Numbered from the stretch's first letter, positions 30,621 through 44,328 are shown. The stretch: 64,000 nt of DNA from the human T2T-CHM13v2.0 reference genome, Homo sapiens (GCF_009914755.1 NC_060935.1); one strand, 5' to 3'. Program-made: numbers and translations. The notes: generated from the sequence alone by a model not told the origin.

Positions 30621-31942
30621 GGTTATGTGAAAGACAAAGGAACTAAAATATGACAAACAATTTGGGCAAAAGGAATGCAAATAAGCAAATTAACAAATGT
30701 TAATTTGCTATTCAGAAAATGAAAGTTAAAACCACCATGAGGTACCATGGCACATCTATTAGAATAGCTGAAATAAAAAAATATTGACAAGGGCTGGTAG
30801 GGATGTGGAGCAACTGGAACTTGTATACATTGCTGGTAGCAAAATGAAAAACAGCCACTCTGGATAACAGTTTGGCAGTCTCTTGTAAAACTAAACAAAC
30901 ACTTTCCATATGACCCAGCAGTCCCATTTCTAGGTACTTGCCTTAAATAAATGAAAACATGTTCACACAAAAACCTGTACATGAATGTTTATAGCAGCTC
31001 TATTCATAATCACCCAAAATGGAAATACCTAAATGTCTTTCAACAAGTGAATGTATAAACAATCTCTGTTACATTTATCCAACGGAATACTACTCAGCAA
31101 TAAAAGGAACAAACTATTTGTTTACAAAACAACTTGGATGATTCTGAAAGGTATTATAGTAGTTGGAAGAAGCCAGTTTCATGAGGCTGCATACGTATAA
31201 TTAGTTCCATTCATATGCCATTTTCTAAAAGACAGAACTGTAATGATAGGGAAAAGATCAGTCATTTCCAGGGATTAGGAATAGAGAGAGGATATGACTA
31301 CAAAAGGGATAACAAGAGAATTTATCTTTTGGTTATATGGAACTCTTCTGTATCATTATTGTGGAGGTAGTTACAGAAACCTATATATGTGTTAAACTCT
31401 AAAACTGGACACAAAAACATCAGTTACATTGTATGGTAATCTAAAAATAAAATATTTACTTGAACTTTTGGTGCTGAAGAACTTGATTTGTGTCTTAAAA
31501 TCAGACTTTCCAAATTTTGGTTTCATTTGCTCCCTGGGTTGTCTGTATTCATCTATCACCAGCAGAGAGACAGAGAGAGAAAGAGGGAGAAAGAAAGTTG
31601 ATTAGTTTATATACTTATACACACTAATGAAGTTGGAAAAACTTTGGGTGAAATATAATGATTTTGTGGGATGATTTATGCATTAAGGTATATGTGGAAT
31701 ATTTCTGGTAGAGATATTTGTTATAGATGTATCTAAAATTCAAGTAAGGGTGGGGAATTTTATTTAGAAAGTAAGAGATGTAGATGTAGATGAAAGAGAA
31801 TACATAGGGCGAGAAAAAAAACTGAGAATAGAACTCAAGGATACTAATATTTGAGGGAAAATGAGAAAAGGAACTCATAAAGGAACTCATGAGTGTAGGA
31901 GGAGAAACAGGGCATTGAAGAAAAGAAAAAGGCCATGGAGGC

Positions 31943-32305
31943 TATAATAGTTCATTCTCACACTGCTATGAAGAACTACCCGAGACTGGGTAAATTATAA
32001 AGGAAAGAGGTTTAATTGACTCACAGTTCCACAGGGCTGGGGAGGCCTGTGGAAACTTACAATCATAGCAGAAAAGGAAGCAAACACATCCTTCTTCACA
32101 TGGTAGCAGGAAGGAGAAGAATGAGAGCCAAGCAATGGGGGATACCCTTATAAAACCATCAGATCTCCTGAGAACTTACTTTCAGGAGAATACCATGGAG
32201 AAGCTGCCCCTATGACTAAATTACCTCCAACCGGGCCCCTCCCACCAGACGTGGGGATTATAGGAACTATAATTCAAGATGAGATTTGGATGGGGACACA
32301 TATCA
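31943..32305 (-). mobile_element. THE1 (MaLR) solo LTR
   Basis: TTCTCACACTGCTATGAAGAACTACCCGAGACTGGG...GATGAGATTTGGATGGGGACACA; TSD GAGGC; inserted in an L2 relic. Confidence 0.93.
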
Positions 32306-32407
32306 GAGGCCAAGAAAGTTGAGAAAGAAGAGGCAGCACTCTCCAATGGCATGGAGAAGTTGAGTAAGATGAGGTTTGAAAAGTCTCAGTGTGTTTGTCC
32401 AATAGAA

Positions 32408-32748
32408 CAGCAGTTCTCAACCTTGTTGGCACCAAGGACCGGTTTTGTGGAATATAATTTTTTCATGGAGGTGAGGGGATGGGATGGTTTGGGGATGAAA
32501 CTGTTCTGCCTCAGATCATCAGGCATTATTTAGATTCTCAGAAGGAATGGACAACCTAGATCTCCCACATGCACATTTCACAATAGAGTTCACACTCCTA
32601 TGAGAATCTAATGCCCAGCTGATCTGACAGGAGGCAGAGCTCAGGCAGTAATGCTCGCTGGCCCACTGCTCACCTCATGCTGTGCATCTCAATTTTTAAC
32701 AGGCCATGGACCAGTATCTGTCAGTGTCCCAGTGGTTGGGGACCCCTG
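32408..32748. mobile_element. MER1B hAT DNA transposon
   Basis: CAGCAGTTCTCAACCTTGTTGGCACCAAGGACCGGTTT...GGTTGGGGACCCCTG; near-TSD CAATAGAA/CTCTAGAA. Confidence 0.9.
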
Positions 32749-33387
32749 CTCTAGAAGGTCATCGGTAATGTTGCAAAAGCACTTTTAGGGTTGATGTGGG
32801 GGCAAGAATCTTAGGGACATAGCTTTAGAAATACATGAGAGGTAAGGAAGTGCCCTCATAAAGCTTTGGCTTACCTGTATTTGGATTCTTGAATAAAGTT
32901 TTGGTGGGAAGATTACTCTTATGTCAAATCATTAGGCCAAGCTAAGTAAGAATTTTAGTGAAATTTTGCATTTCTGGCAAAACTTAAAGCCAAGTAATAG
33001 TGGCCTGGACTTAAGCTTTAGACATAATCTTTTTTTTTTTTTGGTAGTACTCAAAATTAATAAGTCAGTTCAACACTAGCTGAGTACCTACAGTGTTGCA
33101 GATGGTGAAAGGTATACAAACATGTACAAGAAATAAGAACTGAATTTATTTAACCCAACCTTCTCATTTTAAAGATAAAGAAGCTGAGACTTAGGAAGGA
33201 AATAACTTGGCCCAAGGACATGCTTAATCTGCCTCCCTCCTCTCCCATTGCCATATTTTGCTAGTTCCCCAATTTTTCCCTTTACATAAGCTACTCTCCA
33301 CCACAAATATAGTACACATGCAGAAGATACTCATAACTACATGGCTAGTCCATTTCTAAATGTATTCATGTAGTTTGTTGAATCAGA

Positions 33388-33689
<302 letters not shown>

Positions 33690-34149
33690 TTGAATCAGAT
33701 ATTTATGAGAAAAGAGAAAGTACCTACCTAGGCAGTAGCTGGCAACAAATTCAGTGTGCAGAGGGTATGATTGCAAATGGTTGTGTAAAGGAAGAAGAGG
33801 TATTAGGAAATAGATTGCCTTTTGAAAACAAAACAAGACCTTTGGCAGAAAAATATTGGGGTAGATAGGTACATATTAACAGATATTTGACTCTCTCCCT
33901 ACCTGGGGATTATTCTTCTAGAATTCTTTGCTAAAACTCTAAAGGATTCTTGGTTTGCTCTAATGAGACAGGCAGTTTCTTTACCATACTTCCAGTTAGT
34001 GTTTTGAGGGAACATGGAATAGGACAATATGGCTGGAGTTTGCCTCCAAGATGAATTGGAGAGGAAGAGTGGATGGCCTTTAAAGCAAGACTAAGTTTAG
34101 AAGCACAGTGAATAAGCATGTTCATGCTCAGGTTCGGTGGGTGGATGTC

Positions 34150-34300
34150 TGCTTGAGTTCATTCAGTTACTTATGGGGTGTGTAACCTTAAAAAAGTATC
34201 TTGACCTCTTTAAGACTCAGTTTCCGCCTCTGTAAAATGGGTTCCTTGTGAGTACAAAAGATATACAATATACCTAGTGCAGTGCCAGACTTATTAAACA
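34150..34300 (+). mobile_element. MIR relic
   Basis: TTGACCTCTTTAAGACTCAGTTTCCGCCTCTGTAAAATGGG. Confidence 0.7.
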
Positions 34301-35408
34301 AAATACTTCATATTAGATTTTAATTTTATGATTAATTAGAAATGTGGTTCTATTCTTTAGGAAATGGCCAAAGACACGGCAAGCCAACATTTTCAGACAG
34401 AAATAGTTCCTGTCTTTTGTAAATTGATCTTTGTGTGGCTTCAGCTGGCATGACTAGGCCCCTCGATGGGAATTGCAGAGATATTTAGAGTTGAATGCAA
34501 AGCCTGAGCTCAAATGGGATAAATGATGAAGCACTACTAAAGATATAAATGGATAGGCACACTACACCAGGGGGCTGGTGGGTGGGAGTGGAGGCATTAT
34601 TTGTCAAGTGGCATCAATGTACACAGCTGACTGTGTCTGTGTGAGGAGAGGAGATGGCAGTTGCTGTTGCAAAAGGGACCTGGAAACAGAGAGCAGCATG
34701 AGCAAACTGCTGATCAGGTTTCTTTAGGAGGATGAGGGGATTATAATGTTCTGAGAGATTACTGAAGCTTAGAAAGAGGAAGTAGTAGAATCACATCTTC
34801 CTGCCCCTGGGAATTTATGCTGCTGGATACCATGTTTCCAATGCTTCTTATTTTATCCATTCCTTTACAAAGTTATTTTAAAATAAAGATGAAAACATAG
34901 GTGAAAAAATGTCTAACTTGTTTGTTTATTGTAGATTTACTCTTGGATTCCAAAGTAAAGAGGCAATGGCACAGGGGGTGCTGTTTATATTCCTTTCATC
35001 AATCATTGCTGCAACTTAGATATTTAGTATATTTATGCCTATACACAGATACATATGGGCAAAAGATATTCTATAAAATTCATTTATGAGGACTCACAGT
35101 TGCACCTCTCAGAAAAATTTCTCCTCCAGTCATTAAAAAAATTTTTTTATGGGCTTGTAATTCAGTTACCTCTTCCCTGGAAGTAAAATTCCAGGGTAGA
35201 CCAGAAAACTCACTAACAAGGCCCAGTGGTCTTAAACCCCGGCTGCATGCAAAATCAGCAGTAAACTTAAAACAAACAAACAAAAACAAAAACAAAAACA
35301 AAAAAAGTATGTGCCTGGCCTGGGTCTCATTCCAGAGCATTTAAGTTAGACTCTCTAGAAGTAATTGTCTTCAGTTTACGCTATAAAAATTTAAGATTTT
35401 AAAAAACC

Positions 35409-35741
<333 letters not shown>

Positions 35742-35779
35742 TTATAACAAAATTCTTGACTTAATGAATCTTCTGTGAA

Positions 35780-36290
35780 TAACTTTGGGAGTATTAAAAC
35801 TTTGTAAACTCTGACCCAGCATATCCATCCTGGGTAATAGAGCAGGAGGAAATGGTCATGGATGCATGCAAAAATGTATCAATCTTGAGTCATTACAATA
35901 ATACTTTTAATAATAAAAATCAGACGCATTATAAATGTGCAATAAGAAGAGATTTTTCTTTCAAGCATGGTACATCCATTTAGAGGTCTACTTTCTAGCC
36001 ATTAAAAATAATGTAAGAGAAGAATTTAATGCATATAACATGCATGCAATTCATAAAGAGAAAAGAAAGATATTATTCAAGTATGGGGAGATATACTTCT
36101 TTGAAAAAAATCCATTTGAATAGAAAAAAGACCAAATGAATATATTCCAAAATAGTAATATGCATTATAAAGAAATAGCATGAGAAATGTGATGATTTTT
36201 ATACTCTTCCTTAGGCCTCATATTATTTTTCAGATTTTCTATACTAAGCATGAATTATTTTTATAAAGAGAAAAATGCTATTAAATTAAA
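35780..36290 (+). mobile_element. L1ME-type 3' UTR relic
   Basis: TGACCCAGCATATCCATCCTGGG...ATGGTACATCCAT...TAGCCATTAAAAATAATG. Confidence 0.6.
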
Positions 36291-37349
36291 AGCAGTTATA
36301 GAACTCTAAAGATTTATATTAAAATACTACTCTGTGGAGCTGCCCACTTCATATGTTTAAAGTAACTGACACCATTTTGCATATGCTACCTGTGTGAATA
36401 GATTCCATAAATAAAATAGGCTTATAAAAACACTGTTGATTTTTGTGTGAAAGTAACCATAGGTAAGTCCTTCTTCAATGTATGACTTTGATTTAGGAAG
36501 TGGAGTCTGGAACAACTGGCTTAATTTGACAAAGGTAGAGGAAGATGAAATTTTATGCTCTGTGATTGGTTTTTGCAGTTGTTCTGAACTAATAGGTTGC
36601 TTTCTTCTTTAATGTGTTATAATGAGGAACAGCTGCTATGAGCTGTGCAGTTCGTTTTTTTCCCTCCTTTCAAACCTCCATCTCCTGAAGTTAAATCAAT
36701 CTCTGTAATTAAAGAATTGGTGAAATAGGCAAGGAGGTGGGCTGGCAAATTTATATATTCTGTTTTAAAATGTTTAATTTAAGTATCATGTGGAAGAACT
36801 GGACTGTTGTGACATGGTGGAATAACATTTACATTTTCCAAAAAAGTGTCTTTCAACATGTGTTGTTAGACCTGGAGAACACAATAATATTAATTAATTG
36901 GGCATTCGATGTAAACCACAAAAGTGAGCAGACTCACTTCTCCTTCAAGTTGATGGGAGTTCAGATCAACCAAGAAGCTAAAGATGAGATGAATTCAAGA
37001 CTACACTGTTTGAAGATATATCATTATCCCTTGTGAAAGAGTAGGTGAGGTGTGGTTGATCCTAGTAACTTCATGGACTAAAAGGAAAAAAAAAAGTCTC
37101 ATTCCTTGAGTATATTTCCTAGTTGTTTTGGTGTTTTGATAGGTTTGTTCCCAAACTGAACTGAACCAGAAAGCCCCTATGACACCTCTTTCCAAGGGAA
37201 AGATGCACCTAGAAGGAGCTGGGCCTCTGGTGACAGCTGGAGGAGTCATTCTGAAGCCTCACCTCCCACATCACTGTCATCTCTAATAGTGGAGACTGGT
37301 TGAACTTCGGAAAGGGAAAAATCGATGGCTGAAGATGAGCCTTGGTGAT

Positions 37350-37829
37350 TGTATTAGTCAGGATTCTCCAGAGAACCAGAACTAATTGGAGGCCCAGAAG
37401 ATCCATGATTGTTTCTTTGCAAACTGGAGAACCAGAAACGCCAGTGGTGCAGTTTGGTCCATGTCCAAAGGCCTGAGAACCAGGATGAGGTGGCTGATGC
37501 TAGTCCTGGAGTCTGAAGACCTGAGAACCAGGTGCTCTGATGTCGAAGGGCAGGAGAAAATGGATATCCCAGCTCAAGAAGAGGGCAAATTCTTCCTTTC
37601 TCCACCTTTTAGTTCTATGTGTGCCCTCAACAGATTGGGAACCTTAATGGGGGTGATTATTCTTATCCTGTGAGGTAAGAATTAGTGAAAGTGATTATTC
37701 TTACCCTATCAATTCAAATGCTAATCTCTTCTGGAAACACTCTCACAGACACACCCAGAAATAATGTTTTACCAACTATCTTGGCATCCTTTAGCCCAAT
37801 CAAGTTAACACATAAAATTAATCATCACA
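37350..37829 (-). mobile_element. ERV-L 3' LTR (MLT2)
   Basis: TGTATTAGTCAGGATTCTCCAGAGA...CAAGTTAACACATAAAATTAATCATCACA; PPT-like GACAAGGGG (minus) adjoins at about 37840. Confidence 0.92.
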
Positions 37830-38399
37830 AGTTCACTAACCCCTTGTCAAGTCCGCACTTATGCATATCTCTTTAAACCATACTTAATCTCCAAGTAAAT
37901 ACAATAACAAGGTCAAAATCCCATGTAACATCATACAACTAACCTGTGTACAACCAAAAACACACTAATCCCTTCCCTCAAAGAGGAGGTAAAATTCTTG
38001 AGTGATGTTTTCTCTTCTCCTGGAATCCTGTAACTTAAATACTATGATGTAAAATTAACACCATTTAAATATGGATGTAAAGTCAATATATCTTTTGTTA
38101 CTATGATAAGGGAATAGGAAAGAATACAAAGATATTTTCTTTACACATACACACATGCACAAATATATTTATAACAGAAGGAGAATATATGCAGGACAAT
38201 TACAGTTCTCATTTCTGTAACTGGTTACATGGTTGTAAGCTGATATTTATAAGGACCTTCTTCTACTACCATTCTGTATTCTCACTGCTTTCAGCAAGCA
38301 CCTCAGCTGGTTGTGGTTCTTTACCACAGGATAAAGGTGACCCAAACCTTTATTCTTGAAGGGTCTGGGCCATTCATAGTTTTGCCTGGACTGGGTTGT

Positions 38400-38780
38400 T
38401 GTAGTTCCTATTGACCTTAATCACAGGACATGGCAATACTCAGAAACTCTTTAAGAAATCTGTATTCCACACATACTCTTCTTTACCTCCATTGTTTAGG
38501 AGTAGTTCAATTTTGGTGGTTTGGATCAATCACTCCAGCCAACACTGTAACTCCCTTCTTTGCTTATTGACATGGAGGCATTAGGAGCCCAACATGGTTG
38601 GGTGGCAGTCTTAACTTCCAGTTCAATGGAGTCATTGTTGTATCTCCTGGTGGAAGCAGTCTTCCCTCTAGAACTATGACCTCTAGGCCAGTAGAGCATA
38701 AAGTCATGGAAACAAGAAGCAAAAATTTTGCCAGTGTGTCTCCAGGGATAATAGTGAATGTTGCCACAACCATGTTCACC
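38400..38780 (-). pseudogene. ERV-L dUTPase remnant
   Basis: LEVIVLEGRLLPPGDTTMTPLNWKLRLPPNHVGLLMP downstream of integrase, the position typical of ERV-L dUTPase. Confidence 0.8.
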
Positions 38781-41310
38781 CCTTGATTCCTGGACCTGTG
38801 ATTCTGGCTATGGGAGAAACAGCACCATATATTGGTTGCTGATTCAAAGTATATGGAGCCTTATGGAGGACCATGCCCAAGCACTGCACCTAGCTGGAGC
38901 TGTAACGTGAGTCTCAAAAGGCCATTCCACCATTTTATCAAGACAGCTGCTTCAGGATGGTAGGGAACAAGGTAACACCAGTGAATTCCCTGAGTGTGGG
39001 CCCATTGCTGCAATTCTTTTGCTGTGATCAGAAGTAATGCCTGGTAGAATACCATGATGGTGGATAAGGCATTTTGTAAATCCATGGACAGTAGTTTTGT
39101 GTGCAGGGAAGGAAAATCCATATGCACTGTTGTCTATTCCAGTAAGGACAAAATGCTGCTCCTTCCATGGTAGAAGTGGTCAGTGTAATGAATCTGCCAC
39201 CAGGTAGCTGGCTAATTACCCTGGAGAATGGTGCCATACTGGAGGCTCTGTGTTGGTCCCTGCTGCTGACACATTAGGCACTTAGCACTGGCCATAACAA
39301 GGTCAGCCTAGGTGAGTGGAAGTCCATGTTGCTAAGTTCATTCATGACCTCCATCCCTGCCACCATGGCCACTTTGTTCATGAGCCCACTGCGTGATGAC
39401 AGGAGTAGCAAGGGAAAGAGGCTGATTAGTATCCACAGAACAGGTCATCCTATTCACTTGACTATTAAAATACCCTTTGGCCGAAGTCACCTTTTGGTGA
39501 GCATTCTTGTGGGCTACAAATATCTTCATATTTTTTGCTCAAAGAGATCTATCCATATATCTCTTCCCCAAATTTCTTGTCACCAATTTTCTAATTATGT
39601 ACCTTCCAAGTTCCTGACCATCCAGCCAAACCATTGACTATAGTTCTTCAATCAGTATATAATCACATGTCTGGACATTTTTCCTTTTAAGCAAAGTGCA
39701 CAACCAAGTGCACTGCCTGAAATTCTGCCCACTGGGAGAATATCCCTTCAACACTGCCTTTCAGAGATGTCCCAGAGAGATGTTATAGTGCTACAGCTGT
39801 CCACTCTTGGGTAGTGCCTGTATATCACACAGAACCATCTGTAAACCATAGCCAAGTCTTCACTTCCTCTGTCAACTGACTGTGGGGAACTCCCCATGGA
39901 GCCATGGGTGCAGCTGGAAGAAGAGAAGGCAGTAGCAGGAATGAGGACCATGGATCACTTGATGTGACTTCTTTGTGTCTTCAGGGCTTGCTTGGGCCCA
40001 ATTACATATATACCACTTCCACTTGATGATAGAGTGTTGCTGTGCATGCCCAATTTTATGATTTGATGGGTCAGATAATACCCAGTTCATGATAGGCAGC
40101 TCAGGTTGCGTAGTAACTTGTTGACTCCTGGTCAAGTATTCAGTTTCCACTAAAGCCCAGTAGCAGGCCCAGAGCTGTCTCTCAAAAGAAGAATCATTAC
40201 CTGCAGATGATGGCATAGCTTTGCTCTAAAATCCTGAAGGCTTAAACTGCAATTCACCTATGGGAGCTTGCCAAAGGATCTAAACAGCATCCCTGTCTGC
40301 CATTGACACCTCAAGTACCATTGGATCTGCTGGATCATATGGCCTAAGTGGCAGAGCAGCTTACGTAGTCTCCTGGATCTGTTGCAGAGCCTTTTCCTGT
40401 TCTGGGACCTACTCAAAACTAGTAGTTTTTTTTGAGTCAGTTGGTAAATGGGCCAGAATAACATGCTTAAATAAGAAATGCATTGCCTCCAAAATCCACA
40501 TAGGCCCGCTAGCCATTGTGCCTTTTTTTTTTTTGGTTAGAGGCCAGGTGCAACAACTTAGCCTTCTCCTTGGAAGGGCTATTTCAACATGCCCACACCA
40601 TAGACCCCTAGAAATTTAACTGAGGTAGATAGATCACACCTAAACTTTAATTGGATTTATATCCCACCCTGTAACACGTAAATGATTACCAATCAAATCT
40701 AAAGCGGTTGCTACTTTTTGCTCACTAGGTCCAATCAGCATAATGTCATCAACGTAATGAACCAGTATGATGTCTTGTGGAAGGGGAAGGTGATCAAGAT
40801 CCCTGTGTGCTTGACATTGTCTAAATTATGACATATAACTGGAGAGTTAATATAACCCTGAGGTAGGAAAATGAAGGTGTATTGCTGGCCTTGCCAGCTG
40901 AAAGAAAACTGCTTCTGGTGGGCCTTATTGACAGAGATGGAGAAGGGGGCATCTGCCAGATGATAGCTACATACCAGGTACCAAGGGGTGTGTTACTTTG
41001 CTCAAGCAGTGAAACTAAATCTAGTACAGCAGCTGCAATTGTAGTCACCACTTGGTTAAGCTTACCATAATCCACTGTTATTCTCCAAGCTCCATCTGTC
41101 TTCTGCATAGACCAAATAGGAGTGTTGAATGGGAATGTGATGGGAATCGCCACCCCTGCATCTTTCAAGTCCTTAACGGTAGCACTAATCTCTGCAGTCC
41201 CTCCAGGAATGCAGTATTGCTTTTTATTTACTATTTTTTGAGGTGGAAGCAATTCTAGGAACTGCTTCTCCTTGGCCCTCTTCATCATAGCCCCCAGTCC
41301 ACAAGTCAAG
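38780..41310 (-). pseudogene. ERV-L pol remnant (RT, RNase H, integrase), frameshifted
   Basis: RT: QYCIPGG...NTPIWSMQKTDGAWRITVDY and LVHYVDDI read at about 40742-40765; RNase H/connection: FERQLWACYWALVETE; IN: WAHEQSGHGGRDG and GIHWCYLVPYHPEAA. Confidence 0.92.
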
Positions 41311-41650
41311 GAACCAATGTGGAGATTCTGCCAGTGGCTAAGTATGTCATTCCAATTATTTCTTCTGGAACTGGGAAATAACTACAGGATGGATTCTGAC
41401 ACCTATTGTGAGATGAACTTGAGCTAAAACTTCCATTGATCACCTGACCTATATAAGCCCCTCCTCTGAATGAGAGGCTACAGTGACATTTTGGGTTTCC
41501 TGGAATCAGTGTCAGTTCAAATCTAGTGTTCAGTAGTCCCCCAAAGGTCTGATTATATGTTTTACCCTGGTGCACAGTTACCCTGCTAAAATTCTGTAGG
41601 TCCTTTCGGAGAAAGCTGGGAGAAAGATTCACAGTATAAATTTTCATTTG
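41310..41650 (-). pseudogene. ERV-L protease remnant
   Basis: RVTVHQGK...FGGLLNTRFELTLIPG is a decayed LDTG catalytic motif followed by GAYIGQVING. Confidence 0.75.
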
Positions 41651-43420
41651 AGGGCTTCTGGGTCTGTAAACTGGCTCAAGTCTGAAAATTGATTGAGGGG
41701 CTCTGACTCTCTAATTTTATGATTCAATTTAAACTTTGGTTCATTTGACCTGGAACTTTTCTGTTTATACAGATCAAGTAAAAATTTAATAGGCTTTCTA
41801 TCTATTTCACTTCTAGGAACACCATGATTAACTAGCCCACGCCACAGATCTGTGTGAGTCAGACTATTCTAATTGCTGCTTTGACTCTGCCACCCAACAC
41901 AGTAACTACGCCCACCTCGCCTTTGGCAGTGGAATGCTGCCACTTGGCCTCACCACTCTGGATCCAATTACTCCCATTGCATTTAGATTTTCCAATTAAG
42001 TGGCTGTGGTTCCCACTATAAGGTCTGGCCTACAAAGAGTAATCACAGAGTTCTTCAAGAATACTGGGGCTTCCTTTAGTAATTTATTTCTTAAAGTATT
42101 GATAAAAGTGTGTCTTCTAGATCTTCTCAGTGTTGGGGAATATATCATAAATTATAAATCCACTCTTTCTAATCTCCCTAAGCCTGTGAATCCCTTCCTC
42201 TACATTAAACCTAGGGAGAGCCGACATTTCCAATTTGCTTACAATGGGCCATCTTTTGATTGTGTTTCAGCCAACCAATCAACCACATTATTAGAGCCTT
42301 AACTCCCAAGCTGTAATATTAAATGCAGAATCTCTGCTTAGTGGGCCCACATCAATAAATTTGACCTGATCCAACATTATGTTCCTTCCTTCATTATCCC
42401 ACACCCTTAATATCAATTCCCAGACATGTTTCCTAGATTTCTGCTTGTATAAATTAGAAAGGTTAGGTAGTTCTTTTGGAATATAGCATGCCTCCTCATG
42501 GGCCACACTTTGTACTTCCCCTTTAAGGGCCTGCTAGGGTCTTGAGTCTAGTTATTTGTCTAGAAGAAAAGAGGAGTGTTGGAGGTAGCTCTTGTGGAGA
42601 ATCAGCAGTGTCTTGCATGGCAGCTGCCTCAGAGGAGGCCATTCCTCAGGCAATGCAGGGCTAATCCCTTCAGATGGAGGTAAATGACTCAGACCAATGT
42701 GAATGAGGAGATGGCTCCTACTGGAGGTGGGGATGCTGTTGACACTGGGAGTAGGGGGTCATTTCTGCTGGTATTAGGGATGCCACTTTTGCTGGGATTA
42801 GGGAGACCAACTACTCTGGGGGTGGGACCTAAGCTCTACTGAGGGTGGGGAGACTTCTTTCACTGCCAAAATAGATAATCACAGTTTAGGGACTCAGTGT
42901 CCCCAGCTTCTTTAGAGTCTTCCCACATACCCCCATCCCAACTTGCAAGATCCCATTTTTTCACAGTGTCCTCACTTTACAGTATATACCTTGTGAGGCT
43001 GAGAGTTTCACTTGTGTTGTAATTCAGCCAATTACAGGATGAGATCCTACATTTGATTTTCAGCAATTTTAGCCCTGCACTGCAGGAGATAATGCTGTCC
43101 CTCAGGGCACACCTATAAGCTCTTAGGTCATTTATGTAGCACTTGAGGTGGGAATTTGAATCCCTTAGCTCATTTTTTTTTTTGTAAACTACTTTTTCCA
43201 GTGATTCAGTGTCATATTCCTTAGTTTTCCAAAAGTGTTCAAAGCTAATATATACAGAGTTACTAAGCTCCTTGCATCTTAGAAGTGTTTGATTAGGAAT
43301 ATCCATATTTTGTATATATCTACAGTTTGTGCCACGAACTGTTTGCCTCTTTACTACTGGAAAAGGAATCATTATCATCTTTAAACTGTGTCAGATTAGA
43401 AAGCCAATTTCAGAAACTGC
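41650..43420 (-). pseudogene. ERV-L gag remnant
   Basis: EEACYIPKELPNLSNLYKQKSRKHVWELILRVWDNEGRNIMLDQVKFIDVGPLSRDSAFN resembles ERV-L Gag; multiple stops. Confidence 0.85.
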
Positions 43421-43494
43421 AGAATGATTTTTTTTTTAAAAAACCCTCACTTTTGAAAATCTGTTTCTCCAGAGCCAATCTCAATACCAAAATC

Positions 43495-43552
43495 TGTATT
43501 AGCCAACGTTCTCCAGAGAAACAGAACCAATATGTACTATGTGGTGGTGGTG

Positions 43553-43583
<31 letters not shown>

Positions 43584-44328
43584 GTGTGTAGTCATCCCTT
43601 GGTATCTGTGGGGTATTGGTTTCAGGACCCTCTAGTGGATACCAAAATCTGAAGATGCTCAAGTCCTTTATGTGAAATTATGTAGAATCTGCATATAACC
43701 CACATAATCCTCCCATATACTTTAAGTCATCTCTAGATTACTGACTATCTAATATTGTATTGCTTAGGGAATAATGATGTGACAAAAGTCTGTATATGTT
43801 CAGTACAGATGCAACCATCCATTTTTTTCTGAATATTTTTGGTTTGCAATTGGTTGAATCTACAGATTTGGAACCCACAGATACAGAGGGCTGACTAGAG
43901 AACCAATAAAAGCCAGTGGTATAATTCAGTTTTAAGTACAGAGGCCTAAGAACCAAAGAACCGATGATGTAACTCCCAGTCTAAGTCCAAAGGCCTGAGA
44001 ACTAGGGTGGTTGGTTGGGGTGGTGGCTGATGTTAGTCAGTCCTAGAGTCTGAAGGCCTGAGAACAAGGAGCTGTCCAAGGGCAGGAGAAGATGGATGTC
44101 CCAGCTAAAGAAAGAGATAATTTGTCCTGATTCTGCCTTTTTGTTTTATGTGGGCCCTCAATGGAATGGATAATGCCCACCCACATAGGTGAGTGTGATC
44201 TTCTTTACCTAGTCTACCAATTCAGATGCTAATCTCTTCTGGAAACACCCTCAGAGATACACCCATAAATAATGTGTTGCCAGCTATCTGGGCGTCTCTT
44301 ACCCCAGTTAAGTTGACATATAAAGTTA
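43495..44328 (-). mobile_element. ERV-L 5' LTR (MLT2), interrupted by MER2 and a (TG)n tract
   Basis: TGTATTAGCCAACGTTCTCCAGAGAAACAGAACCAAT...AAGTTGACATATAAAGTTAA; PBS-like GATTTTGGTATTGAGATTGG (minus) at about 43475-43494. Confidence 0.9.
43589..43896. mobile_element. MER2 (TcMar-Tigger) DNA transposon
   Basis: AGTCATCCCTTGGTATCTGTGGGGTATTGG...CCCACAGATACAGAGGGCTGACT inverted termini. Confidence 0.9.

Larger units (their letters stand above)
37350..44328 (-). mobile_element. Near full-length ERV-L provirus (MLT2B/C-type LTRs, ERVL-type internal region, no env)
   Basis: Two similar LTRs in direct orientation flank ~5.7 kb of internal sequence with gag/pro/pol/dUTPase peptide remnants, PBS-like and PPT-like sites. 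Confidence 0.93.

Noticed and set aside
38400-43420. Possible domesticated retroviral gene
   Set aside because: Every domain is fragmented by stops or frameshifts, and the protease catalytic motif is decayed; the longest ORF is 162 aa
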